Shown here in pieces: positions 21,078 to 31,964 of a DNA stretch of 64,000 nt. The translations under genes and the position numbers were made by a program. Source of the stretch: an uncultured Thermoleophilia bacterium (GTDB lineage: Bacteria; Actinomycetota; Thermoleophilia; UBA2241); NCBI GenBank assembly GCA_963702475.1, contig CAVPCT010000003.1, forward strand, positions 224,001 to 288,000, given 5' to 3'. Every line of letters starts with the position of its first letter. Position 1 is the stretch's first letter. The notes beneath the pieces were generated by a model that searched no databases, had not been told where the DNA came from, and saw only the letters and a list, made by a program, of their open reading frames with translations.

Positions 21078-22193
21078 TCAGCTCCTCGGTGGGTCGCAGG
21101 CGACCTCGTTGGCACCGGCGGCGACCGCCGCCGGCACAGGTTCGTCGGTCATGCCCCAGTACTTGCTGCCGAGCCAGAGCGCCACGCTCACAAGGCCGAT
21201 GAGCACCGGCACCTCGACGAGCGGGCCGATGACGCTCGCGAACGCCTCGCCTGAGTTGAGGCCGAAGACGGCGATGCTGACCGCGATCGCGAGCTCGAAG
21301 TTGTTGCTCGCGGCGGTGAAGCACAGGGTCGCCGTCTTCGAGTAGTCGGCGCCGATGCGACGGCCCATGAAGAAGCTCACGAAGAACATGATCACGAAGT
21401 ACAGGGACAGCGGGATGGCGATGAGGAGCACGTCCAGGGGCAGCTCGACGATGAGGTCGCCCTTGAGGCTGAACATCACGAAGATCGTGAACAGCAGGGC
21501 GATCAGCGTGAGCGGGCTGATCCGCGGGATGAACTTGTGCTCGTACCAGTCGCGGCCCTTGGTCTTGAGCCCGATGTAGCGGCTGACCATGCCGGCGATG
21601 AACGGGATGCCGAGGTAGATGAAGACGCTCTTGGCGATCTGCCCGATGGTGATGTCGACGGCCACGCCCTCGAGGCCGAAGAGCGGCGGCAGCTTGGTCA
21701 CGAACACCCAGGCGAACACGCTGTAGAAGAGCACCTGGAAGACGCTGTTGAAGGCCACGAGGCCGGCGGCGTACTCGGTGTCGCCCTTGGCCAGCTGGTT
21801 CCAGACGATCACCATGGCGATGCAGCGCGCCAGGCCCATCATGATGAGCCCGACCATGTACTCGGGGTAGTTGTGCAGGAAGATGATCGCCAGGAAGAAC
21901 ATCACGAACGGCCCGATGAGCCAGTTCTGGACGAGCGAGAGGCCGAGTATCTTGTAGTCGCGGAAGACGTCCCCGAGCTCCTCGTAGCGCACCTTGGCGA
22001 GCGGCGGATACATCATCACGATGAGGCCGATGGCGATGGGGATGTTGGTGGTGCCCACCGTCCAGCGGTCGATGAACTCGGGCACGGAGACGAACGCCCA
22101 GCCGACGCCGACGCCGATGAACATCGCGAGGAAGATCCACAGCGTCAGGTAGCGGTCGAGGAACGAGAGGCGCGTTGTCGCGGTTTCGGCCAT
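21078..22193 (-). CDS. acr3: Acr3 arsenite efflux transporter
   Basis: [58 protein letters not shown]. Confidence 0.95.
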   Translation of the reverse strand: MAETATTRLSFLDRYLTLWIFLAMFIGVGVGWAFVSVPEFIDRWTVGTTNIPIAIGLIVMMYPPLAKVRYEELGDVFRDYKILGLSLVQNWLIGPFVMFFLAIIFLHNYPEYMVGLIMMGLARCIAMVIVWNQLAKGDTEYAAGLVAFNSVFQVLFYSVFAWVFVTKLPPLFGLEGVAVDITIGQIAKSVFIYLGIPFIAGMVSRYIGLKTKGRDWYEHKFIPRISPLTLIALLFTIFVMFSLKGDLIVELPLDVLLIAIPLSLYFVIMFFVSFFMGRRIGADYSKTATLCFTAASNNFELAIAVSIAVFGLNSGEAFASVIGPLVEVPVLIGLVSVALWLGSKYWGMTDEPVPAAVAAGANEVACDPPRS

Positions 22194-22250
22194 TGGCTGA
22201 CTCCTCCTCGAAGCGTGTGCATGTCCTGGGTGCCTGACCACGAGGCTACA

Positions 22251-22290
22251 TTGACATCCGTTGATGGTCAAGCTAAGTTGATATAAACGT
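22251..22290. promoter_or_regulatory. Promoter/operator region between divergent acr3 and arsD
   Basis: TTGACA-17bp-TAAGTT overlapping imperfect inverted repeat TTGACATC-cgtt-GATGGTCAA; AT-rich patch. Confidence 0.55.
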
Positions 22291-22317
22291 TTCCCTATGA
22301 AATCCCAGGAGGTCGTC

Positions 22318-22946
22318 GTGACGCTCGTGCAAGTGTTCGACCCTGCCATGTGCTGCTCGACCGGGGTCTGCGGACCTTCGGTCGACCCGCAGCTCGTGCG
22401 CTTCGCCGCCGACCTCGACTGGCTGAAGGGCCAGGGGGTCTCGGTCGAGCGCTTCAACCTCGCCCAGGAGCCGCGCGCGTTCGCCGAGAACGCCGCCGTC
22501 AAGGACGCCCTCGAGGTCACGGGCGAGGCCGCACTGCCGCTCGTGGAGGTGGACGGCGAGGTCAAGAGCCGCGGCGTGTACCCGTCGCGCGACGAGCTCG
22601 CCCTGTGGGCCGGCGTCGCAGCGCCCGCCGCGAGCCTCTTCACCGACGAGGTCGCCGAGCTGGTGGCCATCGGCGCCGCCATCGCGTCCAACTGCGAGCC
22701 CTGCTTCAAGTTCCACTATGCGGCGGCGCGCAAGCTCGGCGTGTCGCGAGAGGACATGGCCTCCGCCGTCACCATGGCTCAGCGCGTCAAGGACACGCCT
22801 GCCCAGTCGATCCTCATGCTCGCCGACCGCATCCTCAAGCCCGGAGCCGAGGGCGACGAGGCCGATGGCCGAAGCGCCGCAGGCGGCGGCCAGGCTCCTG
22901 CTGTGGCGGAGCACCGACAGAGGCCAAGGCCGGCGGATGCTGCTAG
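22318..22946 (+). CDS. arsD: ArsD metallochaperone fused to an AhpD/CMD-like domain (frameshift near the C-terminus)
   Basis: [30 protein letters not shown]; then [20 protein letters not shown]; SCCGG...GGCC tail in an alternate frame. Confidence 0.85.
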
Positions 22947-22962
22947 CAGCCAGGGCAACACG

Positions 22963-24706
22963 ATGATCGACCGATCCCACGCCGATCCTCTTCTTCACCG
23001 GCAAGGGCGGCGCCGGCAAGACGACGACCGCCTGCGCCACCGCCATCGCCCTCGCCGACGCCGGCAGTCGCGTGCTCCTGGTCAGCACCGACCCGGCCTC
23101 GAACCTCGACGAGGTGCTCGGTGTCGAGCTCTCCGGGGCGCCGGAAGGCGTCCCGTTCGTGCCGCGCTTGTCGGCCCTCAACATCGATCCGGAGGCGGCC
23201 GCCCGCGACTACCGCGAGCGCGTCGTCGGCCCCTATCGCGGCGTACTGCCGGAGGCTGCGGTGGCGAGCATCGAGGAGCAGCTCTCCGGAGCCTGCACGA
23301 TGGAGATCGCCGCGTTCGATGAGTTCTCCAAGCTGCTCGGGGACGAGGCCGCGACGGAGGCGTTCGACTACGTGGTCTTCGACGCCGCGCCGACCGGGCA
23401 CACGCTGCGCCTGCTGGAGCTGCCGGCGGCATGGTCCGACTTCATCGAGACGAACGTGGGCGGCACATCGTGTCTGGGTCCGCTCGCCGGGCTGGAGGCG
23501 CAGAAGGAGCTCTACGCCGCCACCAACGCCGCGCTGCGCGACGCGGCGAGGACGACCCTCGTCCTGGTGGCTCGACCGGAGGCTTCCTCACTGCGTGAAG
23601 CCGAGCGCACCCGCGGTGAACTGGCGCAGCTCGGAATCGGCAATGTCCGGCTGATCGTCAACGGGGTGTTTCGGGCCACTGACCCAGGCGATGCGACGGC
23701 GCTCGCGATGCAAGCTCGCGGCGAGGCAGCGCTCGAGGGCATGCCCGGGGCCCTTCGCGGACTTGAGCGCGTCGGAGGTCCCGCTCCTCCCTACGGCCTC
23801 GTCGGCGTCGATGCGCTGAGGAGCATGAGCGGTCGCGCTCCCTTCGACGTGGCCGCGGACGCGGCCGACTCGGATGGCTTTGCGGCCGGCGGCCTCGCGG
23901 ACCTCGTTGGAGCAGATCGCTGCTCAGGGCAAAGGCGTGGTCATGACGATGGGCAAGGGCGGCGTGGGCAAGACGACCGTCGCGGCTCGCATCGCGACGA
24001 TGCTCGCCCAGCGGGGGTTTGGCGTCACGCTGACGACGACTGATCCGGCGGCGCACGTCGAAGCGGCCCTCGGCGAGAGGCCGGAGACGCTCCGCGTGAC
24101 GCGCATCGATCCCGCTCTCGAGACGCAGCGCTACACCGAAGAGGTGGTCGCCACCGCGGGCGAAGGCCTCGACGCCCAAGGGCCTTGCGCTCCTCGAAGA
24201 GGACCTGCGCTCGCCGTGCACCGAGGAGATCGCGGTGTTCCGGGCCTTCGCCGAGACGGTCGCGCAGGGCAGGGAGCAGTTCGTCGTCATCGACACGGCG
24301 CCGACCGGCCACACGCTGCTCCTGCTCGACGCTGCCGAGGCGTACCACCGCGAGGTGCTGCGCAAGTCCAGCGGCAGCCCGGAGGCGGTCCAGCACCTGC
24401 TGCCGCGCCTGCGAGACCCGTCCTTCACGAGCGTGGTCCTGGTCACGCTTCCGGAGGCCACCCCGATCCACGAGGCGATGCAGCTCGAGCGCGGACCTGG
24501 CCCGCGCCGGCATCAAGCCCTTCTCCTGGGTCGTGAATCAGAGCCTGACGCCACTCGAGGTCAGTGACCCGGTCCTGGTCTCGAGGCGTTCCCACGAGGG
24601 CACTCATCTGCGCGAGCTTGTGGCTCACGCCGAGCGCATCGTCCTGGAGCCTTGGGCATCCCCGACCTCGCGACGTAGTACGGCAGAGGCCGCGACCCCG
24701 CTCTGA
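22963..24706 (+). CDS. arsA: ArsA arsenical pump-driving ATPase (frameshifted)
   Basis: Two GKGG.GKTT P-loops, STDPASNL, SGACT.EIAAFDEF, SCLGPL, SPCTEEIA, DTAPTGH. Confidence 0.92.
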
Positions 24707-24753
24707 GCGGGCCTGGCTGTCACCCCCACGTTGACCCCTGAGAGGTAGACCCC

Positions 24754-25515
24754 GTGAAGACCATCCAGATCGAGCAGCCGTTCGCCGTCTTCTCCGACGT
24801 GCACGGCAACCTGCCCGGACTCGAGGCGATCCTCGCCGATATCGCGCGGCGCGAGGTGCCGGCGACCATCTCGCCTCGGCGACCTGGTCGGCTACGGACC
24901 CTCCCCGAACGAGGTCGCCCTGCTTGTCCGCGACCGCGGCATCCCCTCGCTGATGGGCAACTACGACCAAGGGCATCGGCTTCGAACTCGGCGACTGCGG
25001 CTGCGTCTACAAGACCGACGAGCAGCGCGCCGAAGGAGCCGCCTCGCTCGCCTGGACGCAGGAGGCGGTGACCGACGAGGTCAAGGCGTATCTGCGCACG
25101 CTCGAGGACCACTTCACGCTCGAGACGTCGGCGCGGCGAACTGCTCGCCGTGCACGGCAGCCCGCGGCGCATCAACGAGTACCTCTTCGAGGACCGGCCG
25201 GAGTACGCCATGGTGCGCATGGCCGACGAGTATCCCTACCCGGCGATCTTCTTCGGCCACACGCACGTGCCCTACGCGCGGCTGGTGGGCGAGACGACCT
25301 TCGTGAACGTTGGCAGCGGCGGCCGGCCCAAGGACGGCGACTGGCGCGTGTGCTACGCGTCGTCGATCCCGCACGGCTGGGACGCCCGGCTTCGTCGAGT
25401 TCGTGCGCGTGCCCTACGACTACGAGAGGTTGAGCGGGAGCTGGCCGCGACGCCGTTGATCACGAGCTTCGCGGGTCCGCCACCCGCGGTCGAAGGGGTG
25501 ACCGGTCATGAGTGA
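24754..25515 (+). CDS. Metallophosphoesterase (frameshifted)
   Basis: SDVHGNL, GDLVGYG, GNYD, HGSPRRINEYL, GHTHVP, NVGSGGRPKDGD. Confidence 0.85.
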
Positions 25516-25576
25516 GCACGCCCTCGAGGGTGAGCACGTCCAGGGAGCATCCACTCTGGCAGAAGGAGGACAGCAG

Positions 25577-25954
25577 ATGGAGGCGCAGCGCCCCGGGCTT
25601 GTCATGTGCGTCTGCACCGGCAAGTGCCCCGGTTTCGAGCAGCTGGACATCTGGGACTTCATCAACCAGGTGCGGGTGGAGCTGCCGGTCGAGTTCGGGA
25701 TGATCCATCCGCAGCTGTGCGAGGAGGACGGCGACCGCTTTCTGGCCGACCTCCTTCTCGCCGGGCGCCCGCTGGTCATCGCGGGATGCGCCCCGAACAT
25801 GCAGTACAAGCTGTTCCGCGATGCTTTTGCCGAGCGAGGCATGGACATCAAGAAGGACATGGTCCCACTCGACATCCGTGACATGCCGACCGACCAGGCA
25901 GTGAAGAAGGTCGCCGACGCGCTGCACAGCATGGGGGTCGAGGGCGATGTCTGA
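25577..25954 (+). CDS. Small Cys-rich protein resembling the HdrA N-terminal domain
   Basis: CVCTGKCP...HPQLC...VIAGCAP...LFR...LDIR; GAAGGAGG RBS. Confidence 0.6.
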   Translation: MEAQRPGLVMCVCTGKCPGFEQLDIWDFINQVRVELPVEFGMIHPQLCEEDGDRFLADLLLAGRPLVIAGCAPNMQYKLFRDAFAERGMDIKKDMVPLDIRDMPTDQAVKKVADALHSMGVEGDV

Positions 25955-26237
25955 GAACACGTTCATGGGAGTGGCGCGGGAGAGCATCCCCTGGGCGCCC
26001 CTCATCGACTACGAGAAGTGCGACTTCTGCATGGAGTGCGACGAGTTCTGTCCCCACCGGGTCTTTGAGCGCCGGGAAGGCGACGTCAAGCTGGTGGTCG
26101 CCAATCCGAACAACTGCGTGGTGTTCTGCCGCGCCTGCTCGAAGACCTGTGGCCCCGATGCCATCACGTTCCCCGACAAGCCCGAGACGATCAAGCTGAT
26201 CAAGGAGCTGCGCAAGGCGGAAGGCGGGCCGACATGA
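25947..26237 (+). CDS. 2[4Fe-4S] ferredoxin
   Basis: CDFCMECDEFCP and CVVFCRACSKTC. Confidence 0.88.
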   Translation: MSENTFMGVARESIPWAPLIDYEKCDFCMECDEFCPHRVFERREGDVKLVVANPNNCVVFCRACSKTCGPDAITFPDKPETIKLIKELRKAEGGPT

Positions 26238-27079
26238 GCTACGCCGTCCTTGCCTGCAACGGCGTGGACAAGATGGAGGGTGCGCTGGCGCGGGAGGTGG
26301 GGCTTCAGGTCGCTGAGGCGACGGGGGCAGACATCATCTGTCCGGTCCTCCTCAATCGCGCCCCGGACCACTACGAGAAAGCGCTCGGCGAGGACGCCCT
26401 GATCGTCGTCGACGGCTGTGGCACGAGGTGTGCCTCGAAGCTCGCCGCCGCGGTGGGGGCCAAGCCGAAGCAGAAGGTCCTCGTCTCGAAGCTCGTGAAG
26501 GCGTCCGGAGAGCATCTCCAGGCTTCACTGCGCCTCGGGCCCGACGGGACGGCGCTCGCCGAGCGCATCGTGGCGGACGTCGTCGCAGCCTTGGACGCAT
26601 CGGGACACCAGGCGACGCCGGCTGCATGGGAGGCGCCGACAGACTTCTTCGTCGTCGTCTTCAACAAGTTCGAATTCCACATCCCCACACAGGGTTACTG
26701 GTTCAGCGAGAACGACACCTGGGCCCGCCAGATGGGGAACCGGGCACGAGTCGGCATCTCCGACTACCTGCAGCAGCAACTCACCGACATCCTGTACTTC
26801 AACCCGCCGGAGCTCGGGACGCTGGTGGAGCAGTTCGGGGAGCTGGGGGAGGTCGAATCGTCGAAGGCGATCTTCGAGATCATCGCGCCGGTGAGCGGCA
26901 CTGTCGTGGCGGTCAATGAGACGGTGGTGGGAGAGAGCCCTGAGCTCGTCAATGCGGATCCCTACGGCGAAGGGTGGCTCGTCGAGGTCGAGTTGAGCGC
27001 CTGGGCGGAGGAGAGCGAGCTGCTCCTGGACGGGCCCGCCTACCGCGACACAGTCGGACCCAAGGCTGCGGACTATTGA
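26234..27079 (+). CDS. DGC-domain / GcvH-like lipoyl-carrier fusion
   Basis: LACNG, ICPV, VDGCGTRCASK; then RVGISDY.Q..L.DI, EVESSKA...APVSG, VNADPYGEGWL. Confidence 0.82.
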   Translation: MSYAVLACNGVDKMEGALAREVGLQVAEATGADIICPVLLNRAPDHYEKALGEDALIVVDGCGTRCASKLAAAVGAKPKQKVLVSKLVKASGEHLQASLRLGPDGTALAERIVADVVAALDASGHQATPAAWEAPTDFFVVVFNKFEFHIPTQGYWFSENDTWARQMGNRARVGISDYLQQQLTDILYFNPPELGTLVEQFGELGEVESSKAIFEIIAPVSGTVVAVNETVVGESPELVNADPYGEGWLVEVELSAWAEESELLLDGPAYRDTVGPKAADY

Positions 27080-27101
27080 CGGGTTGAGAGAGGTCGGTCA
27101 T

Positions 27102-27530
27102 ATGGAAAGCGAAGCAGGCAAGAACCCCGTTCTCGTCATACCGTGCAGCGGGATCGGCAAGGTGCAGGGCCTCCTCAGCAGGGAGGCGACCTACCTTGCG
27201 ACGGACGAAGTGGCCACGGGCGTGACCGACACGCTGTGTCTGGCCTTGCTGGTCAAGGGCGATGCGGACGCGGTGGCCAGGGTCCGGACGCACGAGTGCA
27301 TCACCATCGACGGTTGCGCAAAGGCCTGTGCCAGGAAGAACACGGAGATCGCCGGCGGACGGGTCGCCAAGGCGGTGCAGGTCGCGGCCGCGCTGAAGAA
27401 CCACCGCGGGGTGCAGCCGGGCACGTCAGAGATCCTGACGGTCGACGGCTGGTCCGTCGCCCGGGAGATCGCCGAAACGGTCGCCGTCGATGCCGAACGT
27501 CTGCAGGCCGGCGACGAGGTGGCCCCATGA
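27102..27530 (+). CDS. DGC-domain putative metal-binding protein
   Basis: IPCSG, LCLA, IDGCAKACARK. Confidence 0.82.
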   Translation: MESEAGKNPVLVIPCSGIGKVQGLLSREATYLATDEVATGVTDTLCLALLVKGDADAVARVRTHECITIDGCAKACARKNTEIAGGRVAKAVQVAAALKNHRGVQPGTSEILTVDGWSVAREIAETVAVDAERLQAGDEVAP

Positions 27531-27979
27531 GTGACCCGGCGAGCGCCGACACCATCAAGGTCGGCATCATCTCCTGCAGTGGTGAGGAGATCCCCGAGGG
27601 CACCATCTCGCGCCTCGCGACGCTCCGCGTCCTTCGGACGCTGCGCCCAGAGGCGAGCGTGACGATCTGCCTGCCCCTGTTCCTCGCCGGAGAGGGAGGC
27701 GAGCGCAACTTCGCCAAGACCCACCCGACGATCACCGTCGATGGCTGCGATAAGCAGTGCGCCAGGTGGGGCACCGAGAAGTACAGCGGGCCGGTGGCCC
27801 GCGCGCTGGTGGTCTCGGACATGCTGGGGACCGACTCTGCCGACTGTCAACGATCGACGCGATCGCCCGGCCACGCGGACGAGGAGGCCGTGCGCGTCGT
27901 CTCCGAGAAGATCGTGTGCGCCCTCGACGAGGTCCTCCAGGAGCAGGGCACGGCATCACGCGGTGGGGACGACGGATAA
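27527..27979 (+). CDS. DGC-domain putative metal-binding protein
   Basis: ISCSGE, ICLP, VDGCDKQCA; ATGA overlap with the previous gene. Confidence 0.82.
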   Translation: MSDPASADTIKVGIISCSGEEIPEGTISRLATLRVLRTLRPEASVTICLPLFLAGEGGERNFAKTHPTITVDGCDKQCARWGTEKYSGPVARALVVSDMLGTDSADCQRSTRSPGHADEEAVRVVSEKIVCALDEVLQEQGTASRGGDDG

Positions 27980-28018
27980 GTCGAAGCGCGATTTGACCGC
28001 GAACGAGGAGCCTCGCGC

Positions 28019-28822
28019 ATGGACACGCTGACCACCTTCACCGACCGCAAGGAGTTCGAGCGGGCGATCGCACTGCTCCGGCGCCTGCGGATCGACCACC
28101 AGGTCGTCTCGCCGGATCCCGCCTACAGTGCCGTGGGCTCTCCCGCTCTGGTGCTCTCTCCCGAAGACAGGGCGGCGTTTCTGGACGGGGGCGGCGTCGA
28201 CCTTGTCAACGCCGGCTGGGTGGACTACCGGCTTCCTCCAGAGGACGTGCCGCAAGCGGAGCCGCGCGAGTTCGTCGAGGACATGGTCGGCAGGGTCGCC
28301 ATCGTCGTGCTCGCGACCTGCATCGCAGACGCGGCCCGGCTGCGCCTCATTGCGCACTTCTCCGGGGACGTGGCGGAGGCCTTGCCGTACCTCAACGGCG
28401 AGTTCCTTCAAGGCTCCTACGTGCCCGCGATGCCCGTCTTCACCTACATGGACGGCCACCGCATGGTCTCGCTGTTCCGCGACCGCATCGGCATCGCCAA
28501 GGCCGACGACATCGTCGACGCCTGGGCGAGCCTGGAGCGCGTCCGCTGCCTCGTCAACGACGTCTGGGCGCGGCGCGCGCAGATCACACCCTCGACGGAG
28601 ACGCGACGCCGGCCACCGGCCCTGGAGATCTACAAGCGTCTGCCGGGCACCAACTGCAAGGACTGCGGCGAAGCCACGTGCATGGCCTTCGCCTGGGCGG
28701 TGTGGCGCGGCGACGCCGAGCCGCGTGAGTGCCTTCCAGTCTTCGTGGGTGAGCGCGCCGATCTCAAGGATGCGCTGCTCGCCATCTGCGCCGGACTCGG
28801 GCTGGCGGAGGACGACACGTGA
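28019..28822 (+). CDS. Protein with C-terminal (Fe-S)-binding domain
   Basis: IYKRLPGTNCKDCGEATCMAFA...C. Confidence 0.75.
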   Translation: MDTLTTFTDRKEFERAIALLRRLRIDHQVVSPDPAYSAVGSPALVLSPEDRAAFLDGGGVDLVNAGWVDYRLPPEDVPQAEPREFVEDMVGRVAIVVLATCIADAARLRLIAHFSGDVAEALPYLNGEFLQGSYVPAMPVFTYMDGHRMVSLFRDRIGIAKADDIVDAWASLERVRCLVNDVWARRAQITPSTETRRRPPALEIYKRLPGTNCKDCGEATCMAFAWAVWRGDAEPRECLPVFVGERADLKDALLAICAGLGLAEDDT

Positions 28823-28889
28823 TGGCGGTCGCTACCATCACGGTGTCGTCCCCGGTCTTCTGAGCCAGCCGGCAGCGGAGGCCTCCACG

Positions 28890-28950
28890 ATTCATGCACT
28901 TGTGTTTATGAACTGCGGGGTAGATAATCAGCAAATGTTGATGAACTAAG
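28890..28950. promoter_or_regulatory. Putative ArsR-type operator upstream of the first fmdE-like gene
   Basis: AT-rich segment with near-palindromes ATCAGCA-aa-TGTTGAT and TTCAT...ATGAA. Confidence 0.4.
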
Positions 28951-29028
28951 CCGCAGTGTGCGCCTCGAGATGGCGCTGCGAACCGGTCCTCGACCTCGTC
29001 ACGTGAGCGTCTTCCAAGGAGGAGTGTC

Positions 29029-29646
29029 ATGACCACGCCGTACGCGCCGCCCGAGTGGGCCTTCGAGTTTCATGGCCACCGCTGCCCGTTCATGCCGATC
29101 GGGTACCGCATGGGCAGGCTCGCCATGCAGCGCCTCGGCGTCGAACGCGAGAAGGACCACGGCTTCTACGTGGTCGCCGAGCTCGGCGAGGGCCATCCCC
29201 AGACCTGCATGATGGACGGCATCCAGGCAGCCACCGGCGCCACCTACGGCAAGCTGCTGCTCTCACGCACCTTCTGGGGCAAGCTGGCGGCCGTGTTCGC
29301 CCATCCCGAGAAGGGCGCGGTGCGCTACGCGCTCAACGCCGACTTCATGGACGAGATGGGCAAGCACGAGTTCTTCGCCTACCGCAAACGCGGCATCGAG
29401 CCCTCCGAGACACCCGCGGAGATCACCGAGGACCTGGTGGCATGGATCGCCGAGCTGCCCGACCAGACGGTCTTCAAGGTCGAGGACATGCCGGGCTACG
29501 TCTACACGCCGGTGAAGGGCTCGTTCAACAAGACCAGGTGCTCGAGCTGCGGCGAGTACGTCTTCGACCGCTACGTGCGCACCAAGGACGGCGCGCCTGT
29601 CTGCATCCCGTGCTCGGGGTACGAACCCGCGCCGCAGCGGAAGTAG
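29029..29646 (+). CDS. FmdE-family protein with C-terminal zinc finger
   Basis: FHGHRCP, TCMMDGIQAATGATYGK, CSSCGE...CIPC. Confidence 0.85.
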   Translation: MTTPYAPPEWAFEFHGHRCPFMPIGYRMGRLAMQRLGVEREKDHGFYVVAELGEGHPQTCMMDGIQAATGATYGKLLLSRTFWGKLAAVFAHPEKGAVRYALNADFMDEMGKHEFFAYRKRGIEPSETPAEITEDLVAWIAELPDQTVFKVEDMPGYVYTPVKGSFNKTRCSSCGEYVFDRYVRTKDGAPVCIPCSGYEPAPQRK

Positions 29647-29659
29647 AGGGGAGGCACCG

Positions 29660-30487
29660 ATGAAGGATCCGACCGTTGTCGCAGGCGCCGGCGAGGCTGC
29701 CGCAGCGCCCGACCTGCAGACTATCGCCGACGAGATGGAGCAAACCATCGGGCTCGACGGTGCACCGGTGGCCGTGTTCCTGCTAGCTCCCGGGGCCGAC
29801 ATGTCGCCGTTCGCCGGTTGGGAAGCGGTGGAACGCCATCGCTACTGCCAGGCCCTGATGAAGGCGCGCGCCGGCGAGTGCGTCATCCTCGAGCCCGAGG
29901 AGCTGGCCTGCCCGGCGGCGGCCCGCGCCTTTGGCTTCAAGCCGTTGCCGCCGGCTCTGCAGACGGGCAAGGGCCTGGTCGGCTTCGGCATCGTCGCCAA
30001 ACCTGAGAGCGGCGCCACCATGTTTGACGGCATGAGCTGCCTCGAGCCGGGCACGGTGGCGCGCCTTGCGCTCTGCCCGCTGGCCGAGGCGCCGGCGCTG
30101 CCGGACGTGGTCGTTGTGGAAGGTCCTCCGGAGCAGCTCATGTGGCTGCTGCTGGCCGAGGTGAACCTGCGCGGCGGCGAACGTCTCACCGGCAGCACCG
30201 CCGTGCTGCAGGCGACCTGCGTCGACGCCACCGTCATCCCGCACCTCGAGCAGCGCCTGAACTTCACGATGGGCTGCTACGGCTGCCGCGAAGCCACCGA
30301 CATGGCGCCCGCCGAGACGGTCGTCGGCTTCCCTGGCTCTCGCCTCATGCAGCTCGTCGACAGCCTCGCCTTCCTCGGCGTCAAGGCGATTCCACGCTCG
30401 CGCGCCAAGCACGCCCACGAGGCACTCGTCAGTGGGTGCGCACCGAACGCTGACGCGCCGTCACCCTTCAGTCGGCGGGCAGAGTGA
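29660..30487 (+). CDS. DUF169-family protein
   Basis: PVAV, RYCQA, CPAAARAFG, PDVVVV.G.PEQLM.L, ATCVD, GCYGCR. Confidence 0.8.
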   Translation: MKDPTVVAGAGEAAAAPDLQTIADEMEQTIGLDGAPVAVFLLAPGADMSPFAGWEAVERHRYCQALMKARAGECVILEPEELACPAAARAFGFKPLPPALQTGKGLVGFGIVAKPESGATMFDGMSCLEPGTVARLALCPLAEAPALPDVVVVEGPPEQLMWLLLAEVNLRGGERLTGSTAVLQATCVDATVIPHLEQRLNFTMGCYGCREATDMAPAETVVGFPGSRLMQLVDSLAFLGVKAIPRSRAKHAHEALVSGCAPNADAPSPFSRRAE

Positions 30488-30541
30488 CGCCGTCTCAATC
30501 CGCTTCCATCGTCCACCCATTCTCCGTCCAGAGGAGTCACC

Positions 30542-31138
30542 ATGCTTGATAAGGACCTGCTCGACCTCGGCCTCAGGTTCCACGGCCACAGGTGCCCGGC
30601 CATGCCCATGGGCCTGCGCGCCGGCGTCGCCGCAATGGAGGCCCTCGGCGTCGAGCGCGCGCCCGACGGCCAGCTCGTCGCCCTCGTCGAGATCGACGAG
30701 GACCACTGCGCCACCTGCTTCGCCGATGGTATCCAGGTCGCCACCGGCTGCACCTTCGGCAAGGGCAACATCCGTCGCCTCGGCTACGGCAAGTTCGGCC
30801 TCACACTGGTCGACAAGCGCACGCAGCGCGCCGTGCGCGTCGTGCCCAAGGGCAGCGTGATGATGAAGAACCGCGAGTCCGAGTTCATGAAGCTCCGCAG
30901 CTCCGGCATGCCGGCCTCGCAGATCCCCTCCGAACTCGTCGCCCCGCTGATCGCCAACGTCTCCTCGGCCCCCGACGCGGCGATCCTCGACGTCGGCGAG
31001 GTCAGCGCCTACGAGTGGCATGACGGACCGCACACCTTCGAGGCCTTCCTCTGCCCCGAGTGCGGTGAGATGGTCGTCGAGCGCAATGCGCGCGTCAAGG
31101 GCGGCGTCGCCGTCTGCCGTCCCTGCGCCGAGCGTTAG
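30542..31138 (+). CDS. FmdE-family protein with C-terminal zinc finger (second paralog)
   Basis: FHGHRCP, CFADGIQVATGCTFGKGN, CPECGE...CRPC. Confidence 0.87.
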   Translation: MLDKDLLDLGLRFHGHRCPAMPMGLRAGVAAMEALGVERAPDGQLVALVEIDEDHCATCFADGIQVATGCTFGKGNIRRLGYGKFGLTLVDKRTQRAVRVVPKGSVMMKNRESEFMKLRSSGMPASQIPSELVAPLIANVSSAPDAAILDVGEVSAYEWHDGPHTFEAFLCPECGEMVVERNARVKGGVAVCRPCAER

Positions 31139-31159
31139 GCCGCGGGGGAAGGTGCGCAC

Positions 31160-31902
31160 ATGACGAGCACCTACCTCATCGCCGCGCTCGTGACGCTCGC
31201 CTTCACGATCGTGCTCACCGTGGCCGGTCTCGGCGCGGCCTTCATCCTGGTGCCGGTCTACCTGGCTCTAGGAGTGGAGTTGCACTCGGCGCAGGCCACA
31301 GCGCTGCTACTCAACGCCATCGCCATGGCCTTCGCCTGCGCGCGCTACATCCCGGCGAAGCTGGTCGACTTCCGTATCGCCATCCCCATCGTCATCGTGG
31401 CTACGATCGTCTCGCCGCTCGGGGCCTACACCAGCTCCTTTGTGCCGGTAACGACGCTGAAGTGGATGTTCATCGGCTTCCTCGTCTTCGCCGGGGCGAT
31501 GATGCTCTTCTACAGGCCCAAGCCGCACGAGGTGGCCGGCCGGGGCGAGGTCGTCGGCGTGGGCTTGGGTGTCGGCGGCGCGGCCGGCTCCTCGGCGGCA
31601 TGCTGGCGTCGGCGCGGCAACTTCAGCGTCCCCGCGCTCGTGCGGCTCGGACTCGACCCAAACGCGCCTCCGGCACCACCGCGTTGCTGGTATTCGCCTC
31701 GTTCACGGGCTTCCTCGGCCAGGCCTCAGTCGCCACCATCGACCTCACACTGCTCGGCTGGACCGCCGCCGCCGCGATCATCGGTGCCCTGATCGGCTCG
31801 TGGCTCATGCACCGCAAGCTCCAGGCGGCGCAGGTGAAGACGTCCATCGGCGTGCTGCTCTTCTTCATCGCTGCGACGATGGCGTGGCAACTGCTGGCGT
31901 GA
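31160..31902 (+). CDS. TauE/SafE (TSUP) family membrane protein (frameshifted)
   Basis: GLGAAFILVP; two-repeat multi-TM layout continuing in another frame. Confidence 0.75.
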
Positions 31903-31964
31903 CCAGACCAACTGGAACAGCCACGGTGGCTGGACAGGACAGTGCGACGAGCAGGGAGGCGACC

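Noticed and set aside
26234-27079. Glycine cleavage system
   Set aside because: No gcvP/gcvT/lpd nearby, and the H-like domain is fused to a DGC domain.
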